From Macrostomum lignano (taxonomy: Eukaryota): a stretch of 64,000 bases of DNA. The stretch lies in the NCBI GenBank assembly GCA_002269645.1, contig NIVC01000604.1:248001-312000 (forward strand), given 5' to 3'. Numbering within the stretch: position 1 is the first letter of the stretch; each line of letters begins with the position of its first letter. The position numbers and the translations under genes are program-made. Below are positions 9,572-21,685 of the stretch, piece by piece. The notes beneath the pieces are model-generated. The model had not been told where the DNA came from and searched no databases. It was given only the letters and a program-made list of their open reading frames with translations.

Positions 9572-12500
9572 GGACTGTGAGCACATTCTGATCGCACCTA
9601 CCTACATATAATAGGACTAGTGCTGAACTAACTTTTTTAACTTTGAATCGGTAAAATACATAGAGTTTTGATGGGAAAACCAGTGACAGCTGACGTGTAA
9701 AAACAATTTCCTAAGTACGTATATTTATCCATAGTTTTTTATTCAGTTTATTCAACCACAACAGGGACGTACTGCAGTACAAGGATGCTACTCTCGATTT
9801 TCTTAGAAAATCGCTAAAAAAATTGAGCTCAGCGTCCTACTTGAATTGTTAATGCCGTCAAAAGTTGCAAAGTCAGCCAAGAGCTTCCTTGAAATTCCCT
9901 GTGGCTCCCACTTAGAGCTTCGACCCGACATGTACATGTAGATTACATGTGCACCGATCTTGATTCTGTGACTCATCTATTTGCTTCTTGTACCCTATGG
10001 AATTGCTTTCTTGTGGGTGCATGTTAACTCGCATATAATCTTGTTAATGTGTTAAAACTATACTGTATAGTTACCGTTGAATGATCTAATAAAAAATACA
10101 AATTCACCAATTAGCCAATAAAACAATTTGCATACTCAGTAGTTTGTTTTGTAATAATGATAACTAGCTATATTTTCCATCGTTTTTTTCCGAAATCAGA
10201 TCAATCTGCGTGCTGAACTAGCAATATTGTTTTGCAAATCTTTAAACCAATTATCTTGAACGTTAAATAAGCCTAGCTATGTGTTCACTTATTGAAGTAG
10301 CCCCGGAGACTAATGCGGAAGAGCTTAAACGTACTTCTACGGATACGTGAAAGCAGTCAGTGAACGCATCAACATGCACGATGCAGCATTAGCGACTTAT
10401 TAAATTAAATTTCGTTACGGAAATTGTTTTGTGAATAATATTCGAGTCGTACACTCGGCAACGTACTAAAGTTTCCATCCTGAAACTCGACGTGTGGTCA
10501 GAAACAAGTGGCAACTTATACAACTCTAGCCTTAACTCCCCCTCTCTCAGCCTAAGCTAGGGCCTTGTGATGCAAATTGCATCACCCAAAGTTGAGACGA
10601 GAACCGTAGGCTTAGTGTGAATTGCGTCGTCACTTGTGACTGAGCCGCTGAGGATCTGAAAAAATACTTGTATTGGGATTTTTGGATATTTTTTGCCTGA
10701 AGCGAGGTATCGCAAGTGTGTGAAATTTAAACCTTTAAAAGAAAAAACATCTAAAGGTAGTGAATATCTCTAGAAAATACACATAAGGTTTATTTATTCT
10801 GTTTATTTAATTTAGTTTTTGCTTTAGATAAAAACATTGAATTGATACGACGTTCTCGGTGGAAATTTGAATTTCTATTAATATTATCGTGGCAATTTAA
10901 AATGTCATCAATCGTCGACCGCCGGTCGTGATCAGAATTTTGAACTTTGCATTTTGTATAATTAGTTCATTCGTTCATTTTCGATTATTTATTATGTCAT
11001 TAAAGATGATTTGGCATCTTTAGCGAGTTTAGGCAGTGCAATTCTTTCGCCCAAGAACCCAAATTCATTTTTTAATTATGCAGCTAGTCCAGACGCCGTC
11101 CAGACACCTGTCGTTATTCTAATTTTCTTTCAATCAGAATTAGGTCTTAGAGTCAAAGCCAAAAAAAATTGAGTAGCTACACAGCTAGCTTGAGTTGAAT
11201 ATTATTTTCCCTAGCTAGGATTTCATTAAAGGTATTCCAGTAGAAGCTTTATTTTCTATCAAAATAATATTGTTTAATGTCAGGCTTCAATCCAGAATTG
11301 TTTTTGTGTTTTGTTTAGTGTTGACTGTTTGTGTTAGGCTAAGTAATAAAGTCATGTCACTTGTCACAATCCTTATAGTATATGATTTCTTACAATAAAG
11401 CATTGTATATTTTACAAAAACAAGTTTCTAAGTGCTTTTTATTCATATTAGGCTAAACAAATACCAACTTAACATTTAAAGTTGAGTATCCATCTGACTT
11501 TTTCTTCTACCTATAATATAAAAATTATTCTAAAAAATGGAAATTATCATACAATGAAGGTAATGAAGCCATATTAAAGTATAAATACTTTATAATTTTT
11601 ATCCATTTTAATTTAGTCTAGCAAATGAAAAATTATATCATTTCAATGCTAATAGGCCTATATATATATAGTAAAATAATAATTGGTCTATAATAAAGCC
11701 TTTTATATAAATATAGCCTTTTATTGCCTCTATTATAGCCAATAGCCATTATTATAGATAGTGTCTAGTGCAGATGGACCTTAGTAGAACAGATGCAATC
11801 TGGCATAGTCTAATATAGAAAAAGGGATGTCTAACATGGTTCAGGTTTAGACCTTGGCTACCATATGGTATATTGCCAAGTACAAATACTATAAACATGT
11901 TATAAATACAAAATTAATATGTCTATTGTTCTTTGAATAAAATTATAATATCCTTTACTTAGCAATATATTATAATTTCTGTCTTAGACTTAAAATCAAT
12001 TATCAATAAGTAGTAATAGCTTTAAGCTGATTCTAGCTAAAACTCTCCACTCTTGCTAGCCTAAGCTAGGGCTTTCTGATAGAAATTGCATCATATATAG
12101 TTGAGTTAAGAACTGTAAGTATAATCTAAGTTTAAGTTTAAGGTATATAGGTCCTAGGTAGGCTAAGATCTAAAAAAGTTGACCATTGGTTTCAGGATAA
12201 AAATTCAAGTGCTACTAACTATAAATACTAAAAGATTTACAAGTACTTTATTACATACAATTTTTATATATAAAAATTGATAAATTGCATGTTTAAATTA
12301 ACTTAAAGGTATTTTCTAGGAAATCTAATATTTTAAATCATTATATAATGACTATTTTAATATGAAATGACTAAATATCATAAGTAAATAGTGTAAATAG
12401 CATTCTTTATCTCACTTCTTTTTTATTGTACTTCATGAAATTTGATCAAATTCATAAATTTGTTTCAATTGCTAGTCTATTAAAACTTGATCCACCTTAT

Positions 12501-12649
12501 GCAACCATCAGAGGCATCAACAAATAATGGTAATTTTTGTCCTTTTTTGAATTTTACTTGTTGCTAAATATCTTTGCTAAAGACTAGCTGGCAATGTTTT
12601 ATCTGACTATTAACCCAACAAATGCAAAAAAACAATGCACTACTTCTTG

Positions 12650-13085
12650 TCAAGGAGGGCAGCAGCTCTTACTAAGAGAGATCTTGTCACCTTGAAGAGG
12701 AGGGCAGCGGCTCCTACTGAGACCTTGTCACCTTGAAGAGGAGAGGAGGGCAGTGGCTCAATACTGAGACCTTGTCACCTTGTAGGGGAGGGCAGCGGCT
12801 CCTACTGAGACCTTGTCATCTTGTAGGGGAGGGCAGCGGCTCATACTGAGACCTTGTCACCTTGTAGGGGAGGGCAGTGGCTCATACTGAGATCTTGTCA
12901 CCTTGAAGAGGAGGGCAGTGGCTCATACTGAGACCTTGTCATCTTGTAGGGGAGGGCAGCGGCTCATACTGAGACCTTGTCATCTTGTAGGGGAGGGCAG
13001 CGACTCCTACTGAGACCTTGTCATCTTGTAAAGGAGGGCAGCGACTCCTACTGAGAGACCATATAGTGGAGGGCAGCGGCTCCCA
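12650..13085. repeat. 41-bp minisatellite (GAGGGCAGCGGCTCATACTGAGACCTTGTCACCTTGTAGGG)n
   Basis: About 10 tandem copies; period 41 measured between 12788 and 12829. Confidence 0.92.
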
Positions 13086-13699
13086 CTGCAGCATCTGGAG
13101 GTTCAGCTCTAATATACAAGCCTCAAATCGCATTAACTTGCTTATAAGCCTCATGAAGTTGCTTCTCACCCCGCCGCTTGTCCTCGCAATTTCCTCTCAA
13201 GCCGTCTGGACTCGCGCCCAGTCTCCAGTTTGCACTTTCTGTGGCGCCTAAGTGGCATTGCCGCCGGGCGGGCTCTCTTTAAATTCATTTTCTATCCCGC
13301 TCTACTTGAGTCCTCAAGCTGCCACCGCCGGGACGGGCTCTTGATTGCCTAGTAAAACTCGATTGCTGCCAGCTCTGCGAGTTATATCCCAGACTTTTCT
13401 CGGATAAGAAGTACATATTGGGAATAAACTCCCCTGTAGGATATCTTGTGTTGCTTTTATCTATGTTGTTGCCCTACTAAACTAAAGATAGCAGAGAATC
13501 TTCGCTGTCTTCATCAATCTTGAGCAAGGCCGAGAAAGATGACTAATGTTAGAGACTTTTTACGAAATCTCTGAGGGGAGTAGCTGTTATTTCTGTGCAA
13601 TGGGAGTCGAAGAGGGCAGGCGAATGTTGGTCGGATAGGAAGAGCTCAGAAGGCTAAATTGAGTAATTATAACGAGGGGGATAGGTATAGCTCAGAGAA

Positions 13700-14095
13700 G
13701 ATTGGGGCTCAGAGAGGGTAGAGGACAGCTCAGAGAGGGTACAAGACAGCTCAGAGAGGGTACAAGACGGCTCAGAGAGGGTACAAGACAGCTCAGAGAT
13801 GGTAGAGGATAGCTCAATAGGGTAAGAGAGCTCAGAGAGGATAAGGTACAGCTCAGAGAGGGTACAAGAGAGCTCAGAGATGGTAAGGGACAGCTCAGAG
13901 AAAATAAGGGAGATCATAGAGGATAAGGGGCAGCTCAGAGAGGATACAGGACAGCTCAGAGAGGGTACAAGAGAGCTCAGAGATGGTAAGGGACAGCTCA
14001 GAGAAAATAAGGGAGATCATAGAGGATAAGGGGCAGCTCAGAGAGGGTAAGGGACAGTTCAGAGAGTGGATAGGAGCATATTATAGGGGCGGCTC
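13700..14095. repeat. ~21-bp degenerate minisatellite (GACAGCTCAGAGAGGGTACAA)n
   Basis: Recurring CAGCTCAGAG core in tandem. Confidence 0.85.
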
Positions 14096-14513
14096 AGAGC
14101 TCAATAAAACTCTGCATCCAGTATAATGTTGGCTAGTTGATTTACCAATTTATATTCCGTTTTTCTTCTCTCGGTTAAGCCTCCAATCCATCATCATAAT
14201 TTCATACAGATATATTTTCTAATTTGGCAGCAGGACTAAAGGGCTCAGCATTGAGAATGAATTTTCTTCATCTAGAGGCCGATCCTTTGGTCTGGCTTAA
14301 TTCTCTTCGGGCATGACTAATTGGGATTCCGTTCACTTTCTATCTTCCCCATTCGTGGCCTGGGAGGCAGGACCTTAATCCTTCAAGCATTCAGTCAACC
14401 CGCTTCTTCCCGAGCCTTCTTTTATGTTTCTTGCATGCAATTTGCTTCAAAGAATTTAATGCCGAAATTTAACCTTGGAAAAACCCGAGCTTGGCTTTTC
14501 CGATGCGCAGAAA

Positions 14514-17500
14514 ATGTCTTCTCGGATACAATCCGTTCTTCTGGGGATTCTCTGTGAGGTCTGGTGTAGCTTTTCGTGACCTTCCTATTAGCCATAGCAA
14601 TTTCCTGGCTTTCTGCCGCAGGCCGGGCCGAGCTGCCTGCCGGCTGGGAGGCACACGAGGACGAGGCCGGGCCCTACTATTGGCACGTGCCGTCGGGCAC
14701 GATTCGGCGGGAGCCGCCGGGACCCGCGGATCAGCCGGCCAGGCCGAAAAGTTTTCTTGGCTGCTGTGAGTTTATTCGGCTTTGTTTAAATGCCCCTGAC
14801 GCATTGGATGGTCAGGTCACGTGCCTCGCTTGTCTGATTCGCGCCCATGAGGGCCAACCCCCAAGGCACAGAGTGTGCATCCCTAAATATTAGAAAGTCA
14901 GTACACCCTGTGTGAACGAGTGTATGAGTGCGTACTTGTGTACAGCAGGGGTCGGTAAACTTTTTTACCTTTTTTAGAACCTAGAGCATGACTGCGAACC
15001 GGAGGAAGGAAGAGAGGAGATGGAATAAAGACGAAAGAAGGGAGAGAGGAGAAAGGAGAGCTGCGAGGGAAGAGAAGAGAAGAGAGGAAAGAAGGGAGTA
15101 AAGGAGAGGAGAGGAGAGAGTAGAGGAAAGTAGAGAGTGGAGAAGAGAAGAGAGATGAGAGAGAAGAGCGCTGAGAAGAAAAAAACATTGAGCGGGCCGG
15201 AGTTTGGCGACCGCTGGTGCAGTATTGGTGCGCTTGTACAAGCGTAGTTACTATTCGTGTTGCTATATGACTGTAAGTCATACTCCCATGCATAAATTGC
15301 GTTTTCTGTAGTTACTATAACCGCTACAAACCAGTTCTGTTTATGCAAAACTTCGTCATCGAATTTTAACAGCCGTCGACGATTTCAAAATCTGCGGCGT
15401 CGGCGGCATTAACGGCGGCAGCGGCGGCGAATCGTCATCGACTGTCTCCTCACCGTCCACAGCTTCGGCTGGCGCGGCCGCCTCTCCAACCTCAACGGCG
15501 GCAGCCGCTGCCTCCGGTGCCGCTGACGATCCGAACGGAGGCTCGGAGCTGCTATGCGAAAGCCTGGAATTCCGGGTCCGCTACCTGGGCTGGCGTTACC
15601 TGGACCCGGACGATGTGGCCCGGGCGGAGAGATCCAGCGGCGCGGTGAACCGCTGCATCATGGCGCTGGCGGCTGCTGAAGCTGCTGGAGACCTGGTGAG
15701 TAGCTTTTTAATAGTCAGTAGCTTAATATTGTGTCTTGCAAAGCCCTCGAAAGGGATGACCCGACGGTATATTTTGTTGTTGTTGCGGGCTTGGTGGAAG
15801 ATTGTGGCGCCTCCAACCCTGCATAGCTGGCGCCCCCCAACCTTGCATAGCTGGCGCCCCCCAACCCTGCATAGCTGGCGCCCCTAACCCTGCATAGCTG
15901 GCGCCCCCCAACCCTGCATAGCTGGCGCCCCCCAACCTTGCATAGCTGGCGCCCCCAACCTTGCATAGCTGGCGCCCCCAACCCTGCATAGCTGGCGCGC
16001 CCAACCTTGCATAGTTGGCGCCCCCAACCCTGCATAGCTGGCGCCCCCCAACCCTGCATAGCTGGCGCTCCCAACCCCTGCATAGCTGGCGCCCCCAACC
16101 CTGCATAGCTGGCGCCCCTAATCTTACATAGCTGGCGCCCCCAACCTTACATAAGCTGGCGCTCCCAACCTTGCATAGCTGGCGCCCCCAACCCCTGCAT
16201 AGCTGGCGCCCCCAACCTTGCATAGCTGGCGCCCCCAACCTTGCATAACTGGCGCCCCCAACCCCTGCATAGCTGGCGCCCCCAACCTTGCATAACTGGC
16301 GCCCCCAACCCCTGCATAACTGGCGCCCCCAACCCCTGCATAGCTGGCGCCCCCAACCTTGCATAGCTGGCGCCCCCAACCCCTGCATAGCTGGCGCCCC
16401 CAACCTTGCATAACTGGCGCCCCCACCCCCAACCCTGCATAGCTGGCGCCCCCAACCCTATAGAGACCAATGTTTCCAGGCTCCGCAGATCAATTTTCGT
16501 GCACGAATTCATAACCTGAGCAGAGCGAGTGCACCGCCAAGTTCTCCGATTGCTTATAGAGATCTGCAACACTGCCCCCCTCCTCCACTCTGCTCCCAGC
16601 AACCCCAGCCGGCTAGGCTGCTACTCAGCCGGCACAACCTCCGCCTGCTGGCTACTGACTCCGTTGCCATTGACAACGAGACTGAATCCGAGCAGCAGCG
16701 GGATCAGCTGATTCCCGCCCAGCCTCTGCTCGCCATTCGACTCTGGGGCGTCGGCCGGCGGAGCGGTGGCGGCGGCAGTGGCGCCGACTCATCGTTGGAC
16801 TCTTCTTCATCAACCGGCTCAGCCTCCGCCGCGGCCGCCGGTCGCCACTTTGCCTATGTGGCCCGCGACGACGTCAACAAATACGTGTGCCACGTGCTAG
16901 ACTGCCTGGACCCCGACGATGTCGGCGACCCCGCCAGCGGCACGGCGGCTGTGCGCATCGCCAATGCCGTCTGCCAGCGCTGTCGGCGGCTCATGTCGCT
17001 GCGGAGGCGTCGGCAGCAGCAGCAGCAGCAGCAGCGTCGTCAAGATCTGCGCCTACCGGTGGACACCGACGCGCTGCTGTCGGCGTCTCCGTTTCCCTCC
17101 CCGCAGGAGGAGCCCAGCAAGTGCATCCCCTGCCTGTACCTGGGATGCCTGCCCGTGGACGGCCCTGGCGGACTCGACCGCCTTAACGACGCCATCAACA
17201 CCGCCGTTGCTGAAGTGGCCGACGGTAGCCGCCAGGCGACGCCAGTCAACGCTCGGGTGTCGCCGTCCAGTCTGCGATTCGAACCCGCGACTAACGCTGG
17301 CTCGTCTACGGCCTGCGGCGCTGTGGAACTGCGCGTCCGCTATCTGTCATTCATGGGGGTGAGCCGCGCTTCCGTCCGCCATGCGGGTTTCATCGCGCAG
17401 ACCGCGCTCGGCGCGTTCGAGTGCCACGTCTGCCGCTGCGAGCCCAGCTGCGGCCCTCTCTGCCGCACTGTGGAGGCCGCCTGCAACCTGCGCTACCAGA

Positions 17501-17609
17501 AATGCCTGGACTCGCTGGCTGCCACGCCTGGCCGAGGCAACCGCCAGCTGCTGCAGCAGTCGGGCGACGAGTCTACGGCTGCGGGAGGCGGCGTCAAGGT
17601 CTGTCTGTG

Positions 17610-17705
<96 letters not shown>

Positions 17706-17718
17706 CGCCTGTCTGTCA

Positions 17719-17770
<52 letters not shown>

Positions 17771-17870
17771 GCTAACTCATATCCGCACCCATCCGTTCAT
17801 CCCGCAGTCCGACATTGTCCAAGCCGTCACCTCCCTATTCAGCGGCCTCAGGCGGCTGAGCATCAAGTGA
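14514..17870 (+). CDS. APBB1: Fe65/APBB-family amyloid precursor protein-binding adaptor (WW-PTB1-PTB2)
   Basis: Exons: 14514-14553 (tentative first), 14622-14765 (WW: LPAGW...YYWHVPSGT), 15373-15695 (PTB1: FRVRYLGW...SSGAVNRCI), 16600-17598 (AIRLWGVGR...FAYVARD...CHV; PTB2 YLG..PV...RVRYLSF...ACNLRYQKCLD), 17808-17870. Splice phases are consistent. The symbol denotes the family, not a specific vertebrate paralogue. Confidence 0.9.
14851..14945 (+). mobile_element. Internal fragment of the tRNA-derived SINE family
   Basis: GGGCCAACCCCCAAGGCACAG and the following sequence match the SINE bodies at ~21.06 kb and ~62.77 kb. Confidence 0.6.
14946..15216. mobile_element. hAT (Charlie/Buster-like) MITE with an internal GA-rich microsatellite
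   Basis: TIRs CAGGGGTCGGTAAACT and CAGCGGTCGCCAAACT (13/16). The right subterminal GCGGGCCG motif is typical of the group. Left flank GTGTACAG resembles an 8-bp target; the right flank (GTGCAGTA) is degraded. Confidence 0.6.
15810..16460. repeat. 23-25-bp intronic minisatellite (GCATAGCTGGCGCCCCCAACCCT)n
   Basis: Tandem copies in the APBB intron 15696-16599. Confidence 0.95.
17599..17772. repeat. (GTCT)n microsatellite filling most of the last APBB intron
   Basis: Starts at the GT donor (17599); the intron ends at CCCGCAG 17807. Confidence 0.95.
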
Positions 17871-18769
17871 AACCCTGAGGCAACTCGGACGCAAATTTAT
17901 CCAACTTATCGAATTTAGCATCAATTTATTAGTATTTGCTTTGGTTTCCAACCGGACAGACCTCAGCCGCGGCTTCTTCATTCGACAAGCGCAGCCGCAG
18001 CTGCTCACTGATATTCCTCCTTCCATGGTATTTCGAATTCTGTATTTTTTCTGTGCACATTTTCAAGCTTTTGTGATTTTTTTAATTTCCAAATTTGTTT
18101 AAATGCGTCCTAAATTCGTGGCACCGTTTAAAATATGATGGGCTGAAAGCTTTTCCATGGATGTGCCGTCTCTTAACGGGGCAGAGTGCGGCAGCTCGGC
18201 GGCAAATGCTCTCGCTTGATTCATGCCCGCGAGGGTCGACCGAGAAGGCACCGAGAATGTACATGTCTGACAATCAGACATTCAGGCCACTGTACACTCT
18301 GCCATAATTAGCATTATGATTTTGTCTTTGCACTGATGCAGCATTCTAGTTTTGTTGACCATTGCAGATTGTTTAAAATGCTTCTTTTTCACATGAATTT
18401 CGCTATCTTTCACTGTCAAACCATGCTACTCGTTCTTGGCACACAAGTAGTACAGCTAATCAAGAATAAACCTTTTTCTGCAGCTGCTTCTCTACTTATC
18501 TGCTTTTTTTCTTTAATAATATACTCACCTTATGTAGCCTGATTGCTCCTTGTGATATTTTTTGATTTAATGTATAGAATTTATTATTATACTCATTCGA
18601 TAATGTACTAATGCTCTTGTCTGGTATTTATTAAATGCCGTTTTATCTTAATCTCGTCTGTCAGACGTTTGGAGCGCCGACAGCCTTGATCATTCCTGTA
18701 AAATTGCACTTTATCGGCTGCAAAAATTGATAAAGAGGCGGATTTTCCTGGCTTTTTTCTCTTTCCTAC

Positions 18770-19395
18770 TGAATCAGTATGAGAATCATCTCAAAAACTG
18801 CTACAGATCCCAGTTGAATCAGCATGAGAATCATCTCAAAAACTGCTACAGATCCCAGTTGAATCAGCATGAGAATCATCTCATAAACTGCTACAGATCC
18901 CAGTTGAATCAGCATGAGAATCATCTCATAAACTGCTACAGATCCCAGTTGAATCAGCATGAGAATCATCTCAAAAACTGCTACAGATCCCAGTTGAATC
19001 AGCATGAGAATCATCTCATAAACTGCTACAGATCCCAGTTGAATCAGCATGAGAATCATCTCATAAACTGCTACAGATCCCAGTTGAATCAGCATGAGAA
19101 TCATCTCATAAACTGCTACAGATCCCAGTTGAATCAGCATGAGAATCATCTCATAAACTGCTACAGATCCCAGTTGAATCAGCATGAGAATCATCTCATA
19201 AACTGCTACAGATTCCAGTTGAATCAGCATGAGAATCATCTCATAAACTGCTACAGATCCCAGTTGAATCAGCATGAGAATCATCTCATAAACTGCTACA
19301 GATCCCAGTTGAATCAGCATGAGAATCATCTCATAAACTGCTACAGATCCCAGTTGAATCAGCATGAGAATCGCCTCATAAACTGCTACAGATCC
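18770..19395. repeat. 45-bp minisatellite, ~14 copies, each with an ATGAGA-ATCA-TCTCAT hairpin
   Basis: Period 45 (CAGTTG at 18811, 18856, 18901...). Confidence 0.95.
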
Positions 19396-20020
19396 TATGA
19401 GTAGTTTAATCGCTCCGTATATTTCGCTAATAATAGTTAATCGCATCTAATGCGGATTAGGATCTGATGGAATGTACGTGCCATATATTTGTCACCGACC
19501 CTCATTTCTGAGCACGTCTTTCCTCTTTTGAGTTTTAGTTTCTTCAGTTCTGGTCCAATTAGTCTGTTTTTCTACTCAGATAATTTAACCGGCTTGAGCT
19601 GGACAATGGTGGAATGGGAGAGGGAGAGGGAGGAAGAGCACACAGGAGAGCACAAGCTATAAGAGCTGCTTCAACAAGCCTGTCTTTACTCGTATTTGCT
19701 TCAAAACTGGCCTGTCTTAAGGAGAGACGAGATGAGAAGGAGAATAGCTGTTCTCTCTCTCTTACTCATTAATTGTGCTACACAATGGCAGGAATCATGC
19801 TGTGGCTCTGTGAGCACACTCTCATCGCATGCAAACAGTGTACATTGGGTGCGTGCACGGTGGGGTGAACTCTATTGTGCTCGGCTTGAGCAGTGGCTGG
19901 CAGCTGAGAATAAGAAGGGCCTTGCATTCTTTCTGACTCAGAGCCAGCCCTAGAAAGCATCTCGGGTCTCCGCCAGTAGCTCTGCTTTTTTCCAAACTCC
20001 AAGCGAAAGCAAAACTAGCA

Positions 20021-20287
20021 ATGCTTCTCTCTGCCGGCTGCCTGCTCCTGACTGTGCTGCTGGGCCTCGGCCAGGTCGCCTCCTCCCTGACTCTGCAGGA
20101 GGCGCTGCAGGACGAGGCGAGGCTGATCCACTTCGACCAGTCGAAATTCCTCATCTGGGTGCACGCGCTGGTGGCTCTGGCCATCCTGTACGGCATCCTG
20201 CTGTTCATCTGGAGCTTCGTCACCATCTTCATGAAGGTCACCGGCCGGACCAGGCAGCGCCGCAGCTACGAAAAGGAGGACAGTTGA
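20021..20287 (+). CDS. 88-aa predicted type I membrane protein (signal peptide, short ectodomain, one TM, basic tail), family unknown
   Basis: MLLSAGCLLLTVLLGLGQVASS signal-like; FLIWVHALVALAILYGILLFIWSFVTIFM TM; KVTGRTRQRR stop-transfer; strong CTG/GCC codon bias; GA-rich tract and TATAAG at ~19658 upstream. Confidence 0.75.
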   Translation: MLLSAGCLLLTVLLGLGQVASSLTLQEALQDEARLIHFDQSKFLIWVHALVALAILYGILLFIWSFVTIFMKVTGRTRQRRSYEKEDS

Positions 20288-20954
20288 ATCCGCACCAGCT
20301 GCGGCTTGTCGGGGATTAACTTATTAATTATCGGTTCATAAATTTCCCGTGTTGACCTAAACCATGCCCAGGTATGTAGTTGTATTCTATAACTGCTTTT
20401 CACATGCCAACTATTGAGAAATTTTAACCCCATGTGTCTTCCTTTTCTTTGTGCACTTCCCAAAACATAAACTTTATAAAGTGCATATTATAGTGACAGC
20501 TCTGAACCATTCTCAAACATCTTTGATATCGGTAAAAATAAATTAGTGAGCCATCTTAGTTTACTTGAGCCTGCTTCTTGATTGATGGATGACATTTATG
20601 AATTTTGTTCTCTGACGTTTTGCTTCTTATTTTCATGAAGCAGACAGATCTCTTGCTGTAGTTTTTTGTCCACCATAAGCAGATTGCCTTCAGCTCCACC
20701 GCACTACTTGTAGTAAAAAGTCGAGAGAATGATTTATTTTCATCTCTTTGATACCATCAAATTTAGTGCAGGTAAAGCCGCTTCTCTGAACTTTTTCATC
20801 CAATAATATGTAGGCTCACTTTTCAAACTCCATAATAAATTGCGACAATATGTAATATCAATAGTTATTTGACAACATATCTTTAGAACTCAGCTTGAGT
20901 TTGCACTTTTACTTCTTTGAAAATGCCAAAATACATGTACACGTATTGCGATCC

Positions 20955-21245
20955 TGCTTTGCCAGAGGCCCAGGTTCGATTCCAAGTGCACTCACATTAA
21001 TTTGGGGCTAAATTGGAATTTCGACTTGGCTCTGCTCGTGCAATTAACGGCCTTTTAAGGGCCAACCCCCAAGGCACAGTGAAGTTTACATTCTTAAATA
21101 CAGTTAGCGCCGCTGTACACTCCTGTGTGAGTGTGTGCTGTGCGTATGACTGCGTACGTATCCGCACGCTCGTGTGCCTGCTCAGAGGAGTCGGCGGAAT
21201 GGGCAGTAATGCCTCTCGCCGGTTGTGTGACAATGTCGCTTAAAA
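20955..21245 (+). mobile_element. tRNA-derived SINE copy (5' A box missing or diverged)
   Basis: B box GGTTCGATTCC at 20973-20983; the body is colinear with the copy at 62549-62915. Confidence 0.8.
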
Positions 21246-21369
21246 ATGGGGAATACAAGCATATAGCATATTAGCATATTGATTAACAGAAATCTACTAG
21301 TCATTTTTTATTACGCGCTCGTAGATGCAGTGGGCTGTGTGCACCCTTGCACACTTTAATCCCTACTTA

Positions 21370-21540
21370 TAGCGACTGTTCATTCCCTACCCCACTGTAC
21401 ACAGTGACGGTCCATTCCCTACCCCACTGTACACAGCTACTGCCCATTTCCTACCCCACTGTACAACAGCTACTGCCCATTCCCTAGCCCACTGTACACA
21501 GCTACTGTCCATTCCCTACCCATTCTCTCCCTATCCATTC
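21370..21540. repeat. ~30-bp minisatellite (CATTCCCTACCCCACTGTACACAGCTACTG)n
   Basis: About 5 degenerate tandem copies. Confidence 0.8.
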
Positions 21541-21685
21541 CATAGAAAGTCAGAGCCGTTTGTAACCCCGAGCGAGCGTGCGCCTGCTTAGACTGTACGC
21601 GCTCAGCGGTCAGCGGTATGGCTGCCCAACTCCCTGCCTCCTCTCTGGCTTCTGGCCGCCTTGATTGTCGGCAGTTGCCCAAAGA

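Noticed and set aside
10565-10720. Octamer ATGCAAAT plus GATTTTTGG Sm-like site suggesting an snRNA gene
   Set aside because: There is no match to the conserved U1/U2/U4/U5/U6 or SL motifs that I can recognise.
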